64,000 bases of DNA from contig CM069169.1 in assembly GCA_035221665.1 (NCBI GenBank), positions 17,484,001-17,548,000 on the forward strand, read 5' to 3'. Shown piece by piece: positions 23,706 to 36,690 of the stretch. Source of the DNA: Okamejei kenojei (taxonomy: Eukaryota). Numbering within the stretch: position 1 is the stretch's first letter; each line of letters begins with the position of its first letter. The position numbers and the translations under genes were made by a program. A model generated the notes under the pieces. That model ran no database searches and was not told where the DNA came from. It saw nothing but the letters and a program-made list of their open reading frames with translations.

Positions 23706-25548
23706 GTAAGATGTCTTCATTTAGATTTTATACTGAAATATATTACTGCAATATTGTTTCTTGTTCCTGTTGCATTAAATAGAAACTTTTACCCTTTTAA
23801 AAAAAACATAACAAAAATGTGCCGATTAAGAATCCCAGTACTTTTAGAACAATTTGTACATTCACCACCTTGTCTGTTACATTGGTTCATCATTTGTTTT
23901 CATTTTGTCTTTCTGAATACTAAGTCACTGTTGCAGTCCACCACGGTGTCGATTCAACATGCATGTATGTGGCCACTGTTCTATGGGGTTGTTAAAATAG
24001 GTGCTGGAGTAGGCCACTTGGCTGTTCGAGCTGCCATTCAATATGATCATGGCTGATCATCCAAAATCAGTACCCCGTTCCGTACTGTTTAGTTGCACAA
24101 ATAAATTGGTGGCTCTGTTTAAGGTCAACTTTAATTGACCAATTGAGTGACCTCCCGGTTTCGTTTCATGCAGTCTCCCAGTGGTTTTATATGAGTGTTT
24201 GGGAAAGAGTACTGTTGGTGGAGACCAAGTACTGCCCTGTATTTCTGAAGTAAATGTAGATTATTTCCTTGGCTGTTTCTTCCCAGTATGTCTATAATCC
24301 TAGCCTATGATCTAAGGTGATATCTCAAATTAATTTCTGTTGCAGAGCAGTATCATATCATCTTGGGTAAATTCATTCCACTTTTGTTTGAACATGAATT
24401 CAGCATGGAATGCATTGTTTTCAGAGTGGTTGGGGTATTTCTTGAGCCACTTGAAAACTGTACTATTACAGAAACTTGGGGCTTTCACCTTCCACTCCCA
24501 AAATGTGGCATAACTGGCTTGTTAGGGTATGCCATTTGTTTTAGAAATACAAAAGTATAGGAGGGAAATCTTATCACATTGTGAAGTGCTCTGAGGAGTC
24601 TCCTGTTCAGATATAGTCTATCTGGCAAGGTCTACATGATTATGGAATCTCAGAATTGTACTGCATGGAAACAGACCATTCAGCCCAACTAGTTCACCCA
24701 CCATTGGGCTCCCTTTCTGTGAATCCCGGTCCATAGCCCTCTACATCTCGGCAATTCAAGTGCTCAGCTAAACACTTTAAAATGTTTTAAACATCGGATC
24801 TTCAATCACTCTCAGGCAGTACATTCCAGGTCCTTATTACTCTCTGGGCGAAGAAGATCCCGCCTTCATCTCCCCACTAAATCTTTTCCTTCTTACCCTA
24901 AACCTATGCGGTAGCTGTATCTGACTCTGGTACGGGGAAATGTTTCCTGCAGCTCTGCAACTTCGTCATTTTCTTACTCACCATACCCACCTATTGGAGA
25001 GAAACGTTTGCAAAGATTTTTCTGTCATGCAAAAAATAATTTCAAATTTGACATGGGTTTGAGTAACTCACGACAAAAGCGATGTTAAACTCATTCTCTA
25101 CAAGAGCCATGAAAATCATCACCCTTGGTTGATGATTCAGAAAATTCCATGCAGCATTGGTTCTATTTTCCTTAAACGTATTAAAGTTGCAGCTTTACCG
25201 TTCACCTCTTGATTTCACCTTGCTATAAATGTAATCAGTGATGTTTGACACTGTTAGCTGCCATTTTATATCTCATGATGCAAGTTATTAAGATAGCAGA
25301 ATATATACTGATTGTGGAACAGCAAAATAAACTTTAGTGCTGCTTCTTCTAAAAGCAGCTTGTTGCTTTGTGACTCCCACCTCCAAAGTGCAGAAGCAAT
25401 CCATAAACGTTTTTAAGAAATGCGCACTCATAGAGAAGTGCAAATAAAAATTATCTTTTCACTTTTCTTTGTGCTATCGGGTCGGACGGGTCTGTGTTAA
25501 CCCAAGCAGTCTCTTTGTTTCCAGCTGAGGATTCCATATTGAGTGTTT

Positions 25549-25853
25549 CAGTTTAGTTTAGTGTGGAGATACAGCGTGGAAACAGGCTCTTCGGTCCACC
25601 TAGTCCACGTCAATTACCATCACCCGTATACTAGTTCTATCCTATACACTAGGGAACAATTTACAGAAGCCAATTAACCTACCACCCTGCACGTCTTTGG
25701 AATGTGGGAGGAAACTGGAGCACCCGGAGAAAATCTACGCGGTCACAGATAGCACATACAAACTCCGTACAGACAGTGCCCATAGTCAGGATCAAACCCA
25801 AGCCTTTGTTGTTGTAAGGCAACAACTCTGCTGCTCTGCCACTGCGCCATCCC
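25549..25853 (-). mobile_element. tRNA-derived V-SINE (HE1-like), antisense
   Basis: Reverse complement of the same family (gtgggaggaaactggagcacccggagaaa). Confidence 0.8.
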
Positions 25854-27119
25854 TTTAGGTGGTGTCAAGGTAAGAGTTTGATCACTTGTGTGTGAGGCTA
25901 TACTATGTGTACGTTATAAAGGTTATGTAGGTGTAAGCAGTGTCATCACATTCACAAATGTTGGATGCATAATTCCACGTTTATATCCTCATTTTTTGTC
26001 TGACATCTTTTCTTTATTTAAATATACCAGTTCATCTGGCTTGAAGATTGCAAAGCAAGGCTCATCTGCCCACGTGGGCAACAAAGTCAACATTTATTTG
26101 GCCCAGATATTTAATCCCTGACTAGTTCTGTACTATGTAATATCCGGTGTCTGGTTGGTTTGAATCACGCTATCCATGTGTCTGGTTGATGGCAAATCTT
26201 TTTCTGACAAATCTCTTTAAATCTTGTCAAATCTCCCATGATATCACAATCCTGTTGTGTGTGTCTCTGTCATAATCATTTCCAATGTAGGTTGCACTTA
26301 ATCTTGGGAAAGCTGATTATTTGTAGAATATTACCATGACTGGCAATTCTTCCATAAAGAAAATCAAATAAGTTTTAAGTTTAATAATAGACTTTAAATT
26401 CCCAGCATGTGTAGGAAAGAACTGCAGATGCTGGATTAAATCAAAGGTAGACTGGTTTAAATTCCCAGCAGTTTAATGCGTAAAAGGTTGTGACAAACAG
26501 TCCCTGGTCTGTGTGTGAGTTGATCTCAGGTGTAATGGAAATTGGGAAGCTCCAATTACTTCACAATTTCTAGGTAAAACACGTTACAAATCAGTGTGAG
26601 CTCCCACTCCTGCTGCCGTGACTGATATTGATCAATGTACACGTGAACATAGATGAAGTCAGAGTTAAGAGAGTCTACTGATAGCTGTAAGCTGTCCCAA
26701 TACATGGATATTGACCATTTGGTTGAGGTAATAAGTGCTTAGAGTTTCAATCCAGTTAGTCTTAACTTCATAATGAGGAAGAGAAAAATAAGTGGAGATG
26801 GGAAAGGATGAAAAACAGAAAGTTATGTGGAATTTACAGAATAGCAACATATTTTAATTTTAAATGGAAGCAGAAAATGCTGGAAGCACTCATCATGAGA
26901 GGCGGCTTGAACGGGACTGGTGTGCCACGTGAAAGACATTTATCAAAACTGGAAGAGTGTTTCAAGTTGCAGGGAGAGTGACAGGAGGAGAGACAGGCAA
27001 TATATTGTTATTTACTGACCCACACAAAAAACACTAATTTTCCTTTAATCTGTATGTTTCTGTTGATTGCACAGTCAAACTAACCTGATCCTCTACTTTT
27101 CATGTTCTTTCCACTATAG

Positions 27120-27173
27120 AAACCAGTAATAATAGCGGTTAGATTCATGAGCATGAATCACAGTACAATTCCG
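27120..27173 (+). CDS. MYO9A: MYO9A 54-nt cassette exon (KPVIIAVRFMSMNHSTIP)
   Basis: ACTAAC branch point, pyrimidine tract, ctatag acceptor, CCG|GTAGGT donor; phase 0-0; resembles a 'KPVLIAVRFMS' insert recalled from mammalian MYO9A isoforms. Confidence 0.8.
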
Positions 27174-28053
27174 GTAGGTATTCCTCCCTCCATGTCATTA
27201 ATTCCTTGTCATGATCTGTCCCGTTCATCACTTCCAAGTCTATCCCAAGCCAAGAAAATGAAGCAGATGTGTGTTGTCCCAGAACAGAATTCAGTTGTGT
27301 TACTTGGAGTTTTTGTTCTTCACTTGCAGTTGTGTTTCTGTTGCCCGTAACATTTTTCACTCTTGGACTTCAGTTCTGGTATGAAGGTTACATTGTGTGA
27401 TGGGTTAATGGTACAATCATATAAAATGCTGGTGAGTTGCCAGTGAAAAGTTTCCACATGTACACAAAGCAAAAAGCCATAAGAAAAATAGAAGTGTCTG
27501 AATAAAAGAGGTTCACTTGAGACTTTCTTTCAAAATTGTTTCAACAGAGCCTCGATGACCACTCTGGTCAATGTTGTCTGCAGTGATCAATAATCAGTTT
27601 TCATATTTTGTTCTAATTGTATCAAATTATTTGGGTAAATGGTTTAATAACAATTATACACTTCAATAAAAGTGGTGTTTCAAAAATATTTGCATGGTAT
27701 TTGGATGCATACATTCCTTCATGCCATCAACTGCCTGGCATTTGCCCTAGCTTTGTAAAACTAGTCTTTTCCGGGACCATTTAATCTACCACATCTTAAA
27801 TTGTCTTCGCTGGTGCTAGTAAACAGTTAGATGACGTTGGGTATTTTCCTATGCACAGTATCATCATGATGGAATAGCAATCAGAGTGGCCATTGATATA
27901 CTTAATCCATATATTTTGCATAGATGATAAGCCAAAAGTAAGGCTGAAGGATTTGCAAACAGCAATCAAAACTGCTGAGTGCAGGATTCAACTTTGCCTC
28001 CTCCACTATCACTGAAATCAGTCTTCAGTTCAATTTGATTTACTGCAAATTTA

Positions 28054-28349
28054 GGGGCGGCACAATGGCGCAGTGGTAGAGTTGCTGCCTTGCAGCACTT
28101 GCAGCGCCAGAGACAGGTTCGATCCCGACTACGAGTGCTGTCTATTAGGTGTTTGTACATTCTCCCCGTGACTGCGTGGGTTTTCTCCGAGATCTTCGGT
28201 TTCCTCCCACATTCCAAAGTTAATTGGCTTGGTATAAATGTAAATTGTCCCTAGTGTTTAGAAGATTGTGTTGATGTGCAGGAATCGCTGGTCGGTGAGG
28301 ATTCGGTGGGCTGAAGGGCCTGTTTCCGCGCTGTATCTCTAAACTAAAC
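28054..28349 (+). mobile_element. tRNA-derived V-SINE (HE1-like)
   Basis: Pol III A box TGGCGCAGTGG and B box GGTTCGATCCC, V-domain GGTTTCCTCCCAC, tail tgtatctctaaactaaa. Confidence 0.85.
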
Positions 28350-28617
28350 AAAGGTTATCAAGAAATGGCTGTAAGCACTATGTAGCAAAGTCTTCCTGAC
28401 CATGCAGTATCTGGCAGTCATGTGAAGACTAGTTCACCTCTCGGCCATCTAGCCTAGCTGTTACAGTACATTTACACCACTGCCATATACCTAGAAATGA
28501 AAAATTGCTTAGATATTTCATATCTACAAAACGTAAGATCATTTCATTCAGCTAATTATTGCCCTGTTGGTCAACTATCATTCATCAGCAAAGAGTTGGC
28601 AGATGTTGAGAGAGACA

Positions 28618-29065
28618 TTAATAGAATATTGACTGGCCTTGAGGGGGATACGACATATATTGCCTGAAGTAGAAGACGAGGGCAATATGGATCTAGTGAG
28701 GGCAATATATGTCGTATCCCCCGAAAGAGGACAGTCAATATTGTTATTATTACCCATATCAGACATCTAGAGGAAAATCTTCTGTCAAAAGTCGCGAACC
28801 TCTTCTCGCAGGTGGCTGCCATTTTGCTTGTTTTGTCGAGAACAAATTCTAAATTTCCCACGCAGCGTCACATTGCCAAGTTCCCGGATGTGAGACCAGG
28901 GGAATATAAGACTATATTTACCGCTGTTTTAACACGTAAAGTCCATAAGCGTTCGCAAGAAAGGGGAATACAAGAAAATATTCCTGTTAACCCTGCTGGC
29001 ACTCAAAACGAAGGGAATACAATTTTGTAAAAGCATAGCTCAGATGTGTGATATGGGTAATAATA
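28618..29065. mobile_element. Unclassified non-autonomous element with two inverted-repeat pairs
   Basis: Perfect 22-bp IR 28643-28664/28701-28722 plus 11-bp extension; 24-bp IR (1 mismatch) 28745-28768/29042-29065. Confidence 0.6.
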
Positions 29066-29366
29066 CATGATATTTACTCAATGCTTAGTTTCACTTTCAT
29101 CAAAACCCTCATTACAGCCATGTGCCAAACATGGGCAGAAGAGCTGAATTACAGCAGCAAGATGAGGGCAACAGTGTTTGATGGGATGCTTTATCCGTGA
29201 CATTCGTGTCAGATCCTTGCATTGAGTGTCCTTGGAGTGTGTTTATTACATTTGGATCGAGGTGAGGATCTGACACTTCTCCCTTCAATGAGGTTATAGT
29301 TGGAGATGTGGGTGTATAAACTTAGTTCCATTCACAGCTCCTCGAGCAATGAAACACCCTTGCTGC

Positions 29367-30105
29367 AAGACCAAGACTACAAGTGGCACATGTGTCAATT
29401 AAGGTACAGTGAAATTTGAGTTGCCATACTGCCATACGAAGTGAAAAGCAACAAGATACACAACCACATAAAAGTTAACATAAACATCCACCACAGCAGA
29501 TTCCACATTCCTCACTGTGATGGAAAGCAATAAAGTTCAATCTTCTTTCTCTTTGTTCTCTCGTGGTCGGGGCAGTCAAACCATCCGCAGTCGGGGCGAT
29601 CAAAGCCCACGCAACCGGCGGTCGAAACACTAGTCGGGGTGATCGAAACTCCCACATCGGGGCGGTTGAAACTCTCTCTTCAGCATGGAGCTCCAGAGTC
29701 GGCCTCTTCTTACCAGAGACCGCAGGCTTCACGATGTTAAAGTCCACAGGCCCTCCGGTTGGAGCTTCGATCCCCGGCAAAAGGATCGCAAGCTCCGCGA
29801 TGTTATAGTCCCGCAGCTTAGAACGCCAGGTCAGTCGCCAGGAAAGGCCGCCAACTCCGCGATGCTAGGCTGCAGTGCGAACGGAGATACGATACGGAAA
29901 AAAATCACATCTCCGTCAAGGTAAAAGATCGGACAGAAAAGTTTCCCCCAACTCCCCCCTCCGCCCCCCCCCCCCCCCCCCCCCCAACATAAAACAAGCC
30001 AAGGAACACTAAAACATACTTTTTAACACATACTAAAAATAACAAAAAAGAAGAAAGAACAGACAGGCTGTTGGCGAGGCAGCCACTGCTGGTGGTGCCA
30101 CCCTG
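29367..30105 (-). mobile_element. CpG-rich non-coding retroposon-like repeat; related copy at ~62076-62360
   Basis: Shared ends with the 62.1 kb copy (cagtgaaatttgagtt..ccat, catcc..cacagc.ga.tc), internal ~22-25 bp subrepeats gtcggggc. Confidence 0.55.
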
Positions 30106-30174
30106 TCTAGCAAGCTAAATATTGTGACCAGAGATTCTTTTTACTCTATTAAAACCTGTTTACCTTGAAGACAT

Positions 30175-30448
30175 TGTGGCGCCACCCGGTGGTTAGGCCA
30201 CTTATTGAGCGAACCCTCGGCCCTTGGACTGGCAGGGTCACGTTACTAGGTTTGGCGGGAAGAAGTCGTCACATGGCTTAGGAGTGTGCCCTGTGTTTTT
30301 TTATGAAGTATATATATATATGAAATATATATATATATATATATAGAACTTTGGGAGAACCCCCCCCCCCCCCCCGTCATGTGTGAACTGTTCTTTGTTC
30401 AACTCAATAAAGATGACTTTGTTTAACAACACGTGTCTCTCGATAACA
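30175..30448 (+). mobile_element. Possible solo LTR
   Basis: Begins TGT, has a TA-rich box and AATAAA near its 3' end; ACAT flanks both sides if the end is 30445. Confidence 0.4.
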
Positions 30449-32009
30449 TGTCAGAGTTATGATAGGATGCTTAAATTAGTAGCTGCAACAATATTCAAGG
30501 TCAATACAACCAGAACAAAGAAACCCACTGGGCCAGCATATCATTCACCACTCTAAATATGTGATTCCGCCCCCACTAAATGCTTGTTTGCTCCTTCAAC
30601 CATAACCGTCTCACAGTTTCAAGGTATGCTCTCTACAATATGTACTGCTACAAAGTACCAAAGCATTTTTGTGCACCTTTCGAGACTGCTTTTGGAGCAT
30701 ATGGAAGGACTAGGGCAGTCAATGTTAGGGTCTGTGTGTGATCCTTCAAGATGCACACCATCCTAACTTTCACTGTTTGTTCATCGTTGCTGTGTTTTTC
30801 TTGCACTCCCTGTTCAACATACTAATGAGTACCATTCCCAGAAATACTCTATTGGTTCAAAATTGTAACAGCATTACTACCTCACCTACGGGGGTGTTGC
30901 CATCGATACTCAAGACATAGGAACACAATGAGGTCATTTGGTCTATTGAGTCCGCTCCACCATTCAATCATGGTTTATATATTTTGTCATCTCAACCCCT
31001 CATCCTGCCATGGAATAAAATGTAATGTAAAAAAACTTGTAGAAAGAAAATGTAACAGCATGAGAGTCATGCTGAAACGAGTCATGCTTTCCATCTCTCT
31101 CCATCCCCTTCCCCTTCCCAGTTCTCCTACCAGTCTTACTGTCTCCGACTACATTTTATCTCTACCGCCCACTCCCCTGACATCAGTCTGAGGAAGGGTC
31201 TCAACCCGAAGCGTCATCCATTCCTTCTCGCCAGAGATGCTGCCTGTCCCGCTAAATTACTCCAGCATTTCGTGTCTACATTGCTATATTGAAATATGCC
31301 TTATGGCATGGTAAAAATAAAGTGTTCTGCGAGTTTAAAACCTTCAAAAAAGTAATCAGGTATGAATGACATTACCCTCCCTGACTCTACTGTTCAGCAA
31401 GGTTTTCAGAAACTGTGCCAAGGAGATCAGTCAGACAATAGGTTTCATTGTTTGTTCTCGTTGTCAGAAGATCCCTTGGGAAGCAGGTAGGAGTGGGGGG
31501 CGATGGGGAAGGTAGTTAAATTTGCTCTGATTCCCGTGTGATACTGAGATGAAAACCTAACCTGAATTCAACATTCTGTTTATTATCTGTGACAACAGCT
31601 TGAAAGGCATCTCTGATCCATTGATCTTGCCAATGCCATTGATCTTGATTCTGTACATTGCAGCAGCAGGGTGCCTCTTCCCAGTTGCTCCTAACATTCA
31701 TGTTAAGCACACTCCAACAAAAATTAGTTCTTAAGTTTCCTGTCTCATCATTTCTGCTTCTGATTTGGTATTAACTGCAACAAACTTACGGGTAAAAAAA
31801 AAATCAATAAAAGAACTGTTGCTAAAACAGTTCTGTCTGATTTATTCAAAATCCATTGGCTATTCATGCATTCTAGTCAATTTGTTTATACATGTTAGCA
31901 TTGATTGCTTTTGCTATAAGGTTTGTTCTTCTGGCAAATCTCTTTACATGGGGGACCATTGGATAGCATCATTGAGAATCTGAAGTGTTTGCTCCCGATT
32001 CATTTTCAG

Positions 32010-32232
32010 TGTAGGAAGGAGCTGCAGATGCTGGTTTAAACTGAAGATAGACTCAAAAAGCTGTAGTGAATCAGCAGGACAGGCAGCATCTCTAGAGAGA
32101 AGGAACCAGTGATGTTTCGGGTTCAGGCCCTTCTTCAGACTGAAGGGTCTCGACCCGAGACATCACCCATTCCTTCTCTCCAGAGATGCTGCCTGTCTCG
32201 CTGAGTTACTCCAGCATTTTGTGTCTTATCTT
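32010..32232. mobile_element. Inverted dimer of the Penelope-derived short repeat
   Basis: Arms fold back around cttcagactgaag. Confidence 0.8.
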
Positions 32233-33163
32233 CTCATTATCAGTACTTGTTATCTTAGGATATTATCTCAGCAGTGGTCATTTTAGGACAAAGGTTGGCC
32301 TTTTAGATCAAGATGGAAATTTCTTAGGAGCTTAGCGAATTTTTGGAATACTTGACCTTGGTTGTGTTTTCTCAATCATTGATAGATCTAAGGCAAAGTT
32401 TGATGTGTTATTGAATGCTGAGGAGAGCAGTGGGGAAAAGAGAGGTGCGGGATTAGAACCACATTGTGGAGGACTCAAAGGTCCTTGTTTGTCCATGTCT
32501 CTTGGTTTCAAGTGCAGTAACATCATCATGGTGCTCACATTCCTTACAGTATTGTAGTTTTCTCCACCATTTTGGCAGTACACTGAACAGTCTTATTCAC
32601 TGTTCAATTAAGCTGTTGTATTCTGGGGATATGATCTTTGTACATTAATGTGTTAAGATTACACCGTGGGCTTCCAGATACACGAATAAAAGGGAACAGA
32701 GAAGTGTGTCAAGTTGCAGCATTAACTTTTGTTCCTGTAACTTAATTCTGCTATTTGATGGTGTAAAACTCGGGCAATGATGCATTTTTAATTAATCAGC
32801 CTTGAAATTTTCATTTCTGGATCGTGCATAAGTAGAATAGTATGTATGTAATAGTTTAAGTATTAGACTGCCTTATCATGGCAAGCTGCGTATGCTCCTA
32901 CACATGGTATGGTGTTCAAGTATTGTATCCTTAGGAATCATTAGGGACTGGTTACCACACTGATAGCACATGAAACAGTAGCAATGTAAATGCCCACCAT
33001 TACAATAATATTTATTAAATATGAGATTTGTGCAATTGATTTGATTGAAGGTCTGAACCATCTTGGCCTACAGCATATCTACAACATTTTCACAAATCAC
33101 TTTATCTTTCCGCAAGTAATAGTCGCTGAAACTTTTCATGTTTTCTCTTTGTTGCTCATGCAG

Positions 33164-33181
33164 CCGAATGGTAATAAAAAG
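33164..33181 (+). CDS. MYO9A: Candidate 18-nt MYO9A microexon (PNGNKK)
   Basis: Pyrimidine tract ttttctctttgttgctcatgcag, strong AAG|GTAATT donor, frame-preserving in a phase-0 intron; splice-signal evidence only. Confidence 0.5.
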
Positions 33182-34059
33182 GTAATTTGGTTTGTCTGTT
33201 TTATGTGCTTGTGGTGATATCCTTCTCCTGGTGACGGCTCTTCCAAATGAAAGCACCAGAACTGCAACCGCTCCAGCACACGAGGGATGTGCAGCAGAAG
33301 TTTTAAAATGCACCAAAACCTGCGTCAAATAATTAAAAAAACACAATTCTTTAAGAATTCAGGAGAATGGGGTTGGGAGGGAGAGATAGATCAGCCATCA
33401 TTGAATGGTGGAGTAGACTTGATGGGCCGAATGGCCTAATTCTTCTCCTACAACATAATGTTATGAATTCTCAATCCATTTTCTATTCCTTTATGGTTTA
33501 CTCTGACCATGATGCTGCAAGTTTTTAATTTTATACTTTTGCAATTTGTCCAATCAGTTCTACATTAATTGAGTATCCTTTCTTGGTTTAAAGTGGTTTG
33601 GCTCGGAGTACCCCGTGGGTGCAGGTTGTATGAATAACAGTGACATTGACTTAACTTTACAATCAAGTTAGGTGTATACTTTAACTTTGCCAACATGTGT
33701 TGAAACAGGAATGAGTTGGTCATTTCATAGTGGTCCTTAAAGGCAGAAGAAGATTTCATTCCATTAGAACTATAATTGATTGCATATGCAAGAGCCAGAC
33801 AAGCTGAAGAAATAGTCTATGGCATTACACAATCAAATGAAAAGTAACTTGTTAAAAGGGGCAGTTGCATGGGAATGAGAGCTGAAAGTCGGAATATTCC
33901 AGGCCCTGCGGGGTGGCTGTTTACCTCTGCTAAAAATTACTTTACATGTATCAGTCTACATTAATCAACTCATTTATTCATTTCCTCAGAGCCCAGAATT
34001 GATGAGATTCATGCCACATGCTGGAGTGGGAGCAGGCTGGGTTTGGTTCCAATGTGACC

Positions 34060-34215
34060 NNNNNNNNNNNNNNNNNNNNNNNNNNNNNNNNNNNNNNNNN
34101 NNNNNNNNNNNNNNNNNNNNNNNNNNNNNNNNNNNNNNNNNNNNNNNNNNNNNNNNNNNNNNNNNNNNNNNNNNNNNNNNNNNNNNNNNNNNNNNNNNNN
34201 NNNNNNNNNNNNNNN
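34060..34215. other. Assembly gap (156 N)
   Basis: N run inside the long MYO9A intron. Confidence 1.
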
Positions 34216-35609
34216 TCTTTGTGTATTTATGAGTGGTATCTAGCTGTGGGTGAGTTGGGTAGGATTTAAAGATTGGGTAGGATGTTCAGATTGGATACAA
34301 AAATCACTCTCCCTCATGCTTGATTCCACGCAACCGTGGGTAGGTAGAAAGTCCACCTGGCCACAGCAGTGCTTCACTGCAATCCTCAGCTGAAGAATAT
34401 GGGTATGTTTCAAGTACCTACAGAATCTCTGTGCTTTACGATGAAATAAACTGGAAACTTGCCTTTCAACTTTCAGAATGAAAGTCCAATCCTTTGGTCA
34501 GCTATTAAAAGACTTTCCTTGACACATTGTAATGAAAACGTGTTGAACATTGGATTCTGCCCTGCAGCTCATTCAGCTATCTCTATCTGAGACAGATTGA
34601 GACTCTCTGTGTTTTTTTCATTATGGTACAATAAGATGTCTTCCGTGGCAAGGAGAAAGAAGATATAAGTACTTCACGGCATGTCAGTATTGTGTGGACT
34701 TTGACAGTTCTGAGTGTTCAGTAGGATTTGAGAGTGCAACGATCACACTAATTGTAATATTGGAGAACTAATCGAACCTTAGCGGAGATTATTTGCCAAG
34801 ATGAAGACTGGTGTAATTGAGAGCTGTAAGCTACCCACTCTGCAATGATTGTTCTGTGTGTCCTTATCTGAATCTAAAAGTTTGTGATTTTATTTCTTTT
34901 GTACCAAATTTTGTCTTCTGAAGACAGCCGCAGAATCACTGCATAGCCAGTCATATTCGCTTTGTAAGGGGAATGGTGGGAGTGTTTAGATTTGAGGTGA
35001 TTTTGAAAGGAGCAATATTTGAATTGGGTTATCATGTACAGATTGCAGACTTTTAAAACCAAGCTTGTTGACACCTTTTCAGTTTATTTTCTGTTTGTTG
35101 ATTTTTCATTTATTATTGCTCATATGTGGGAGAAGATCTCTCACTGAGACATAGTCTTCAAACTAGATACTCTCTGGTACATCCTCTAAGCCTTATCTGC
35201 CAGCTATTCAACTATGAGGGAGTTGGCAGAGCAATCTGAACTTCACCCAATATTCACGTATGATTCAGTCAGTGACCAGTGGAACTCAGTGGTGAGCACG
35301 AACCCTGCAAGATCAGCTCAATCAACACAGACTAAGGGTTGAATATTACATCTTTATGGTTTATTTGGTTTAAATACTCATAGGATACTCACACATTTTC
35401 CAACTATTACCTATCTTGATGACACCTGTACCATGATCTTGACCCAGTTCTATGATTTTCCATTGTTAAGATTGAAACGCTATTAGCCAAAAGGGGTGAA
35501 TGTTATGACGTTAATAGTTAATGTCCTATTTTTTACTAATGGCACAGACCTTTTGCATTTCAATTCCCTTCGCTTTTTGACTAATTGGGTTGTTCCGTAA
35601 CTTTTGAAG

Positions 35610-35812
35610 GGAAAAGGTCGTCTTCGTCGCTCCAACCACAACAGCCCCACCTCTCCCGTAGGACTGCGGTTGCTTTCAGTCGCAGATGTTCCAGAAGAAA
35701 TGGCCAGTGCTGACGAGTCGATCGATGTGGATTTGACAGAGCAACAGAAAGCAGCCATGCAGCAAGAGGAAAGAGTGTTAACTGAACAAATAGAGACGCT
35801 ACAAAAGGAAAA
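35610..35812 (+). CDS. MYO9A: MYO9A exon (GKGRLRRSNHNSPTSPV...QQEERVLTEQIETLQKEK), coiled coil
   Basis: ttgaag / AA|GTAAGA, phase 0->2. Confidence 0.96.
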
Positions 35813-36444
35813 GTAAGAGGCGCAAGCAATTAGAGTACATGACTGGTTTTGAGAGTTTTGCGCTGCAGACAAGAGTTCAAATAGCCACGTGGTATAATAT
35901 TTTAATTAAATTATAGCGAATGTTGATGAAGAAAGGGAATGCAATGAATATTGTCACTATTGATTTTCTAAAGCTATTAGCCAGAATCCCATAGAGGAGA
36001 AGTTAGCAAAGTTGCAGCTATGGAATCAGTGCAGCCTGGATAATAAATTGTCTCAAGAATTAAAGCAAAGAGCTCAGGTAAATGATTGATTTTTAGGTTG
36101 GAGAATAGCAGGCGGTGATGATTTCCAAAGTTTGCTTAGTTTTATGTATACCCAGGTCAAACTACCTTCAGCTGCATCATCCTATCGTAAGGGAAGTTTG
36201 CTTCCCTTGCATAACATCATTGCATAATGTTCAATTCCATCCACAACTTGGTCGGCATGGGCAAGTTGGGCCGAAGGGCATGTTTCCAGACATACATTGC
36301 CATTTGCTGCTGATCTAAATCATGGATCTCCCAAACCGACAACGTTGTGGGAGTTCCATTAGAAGGACTGCTTTGGTTCAAGGAGGCAGCTCTCTCCCAC
36401 CTTCTCATGGTGACATCCAGTAAATGCTGGCCTGTGCCAACAAT

Positions 36445-36690
36445 GGACAATAGGTGCAGGAGGAGGCCATTCGGCCCTTCCAGCCAGCACCGCCATTCAA
36501 TGTGATCATCCCCAATCAGTACCCCGTTCCTGCCTTCTCCCCATATCCCCTGACTCCGCTAGCTTTAAGAGCCCTATCTAGCTCTCTCTTGAAACTATCC
36601 AGAGAACCGGCCTCCACCGCCCTCTGAGGCAGAGAATTCCACAGACGCACAACTCTGTGAGAAAAAGTGTTTCCTCGTCTCTGTTCTAAA
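36445..36690 (-). mobile_element. CR1-clade LINE 3' end
   Basis: RVVRLWNSLPQRAVEAGSLDSFKRELD; near-identical to the 4.2 kb copy. Confidence 0.85.

Noticed and set aside
25859-25869. tttag|GTGGTGTCAAG|GTAAGA micro-exon candidate beside an antisense SINE
   Set aside because: 11 nt would shift the frame, and the upstream acceptor at 25524 reads into a stop. No other support.
28054-28130. tRNA-like sequence with A and B boxes (also at 38822, 22978, 25853)
   Set aside because: It continues into a V-domain and LINE-type tail, so it is a SINE head rather than a tRNA gene.
33999-34269. ORFs spanning the N run
   Set aside because: Artefacts of the assembly gap.
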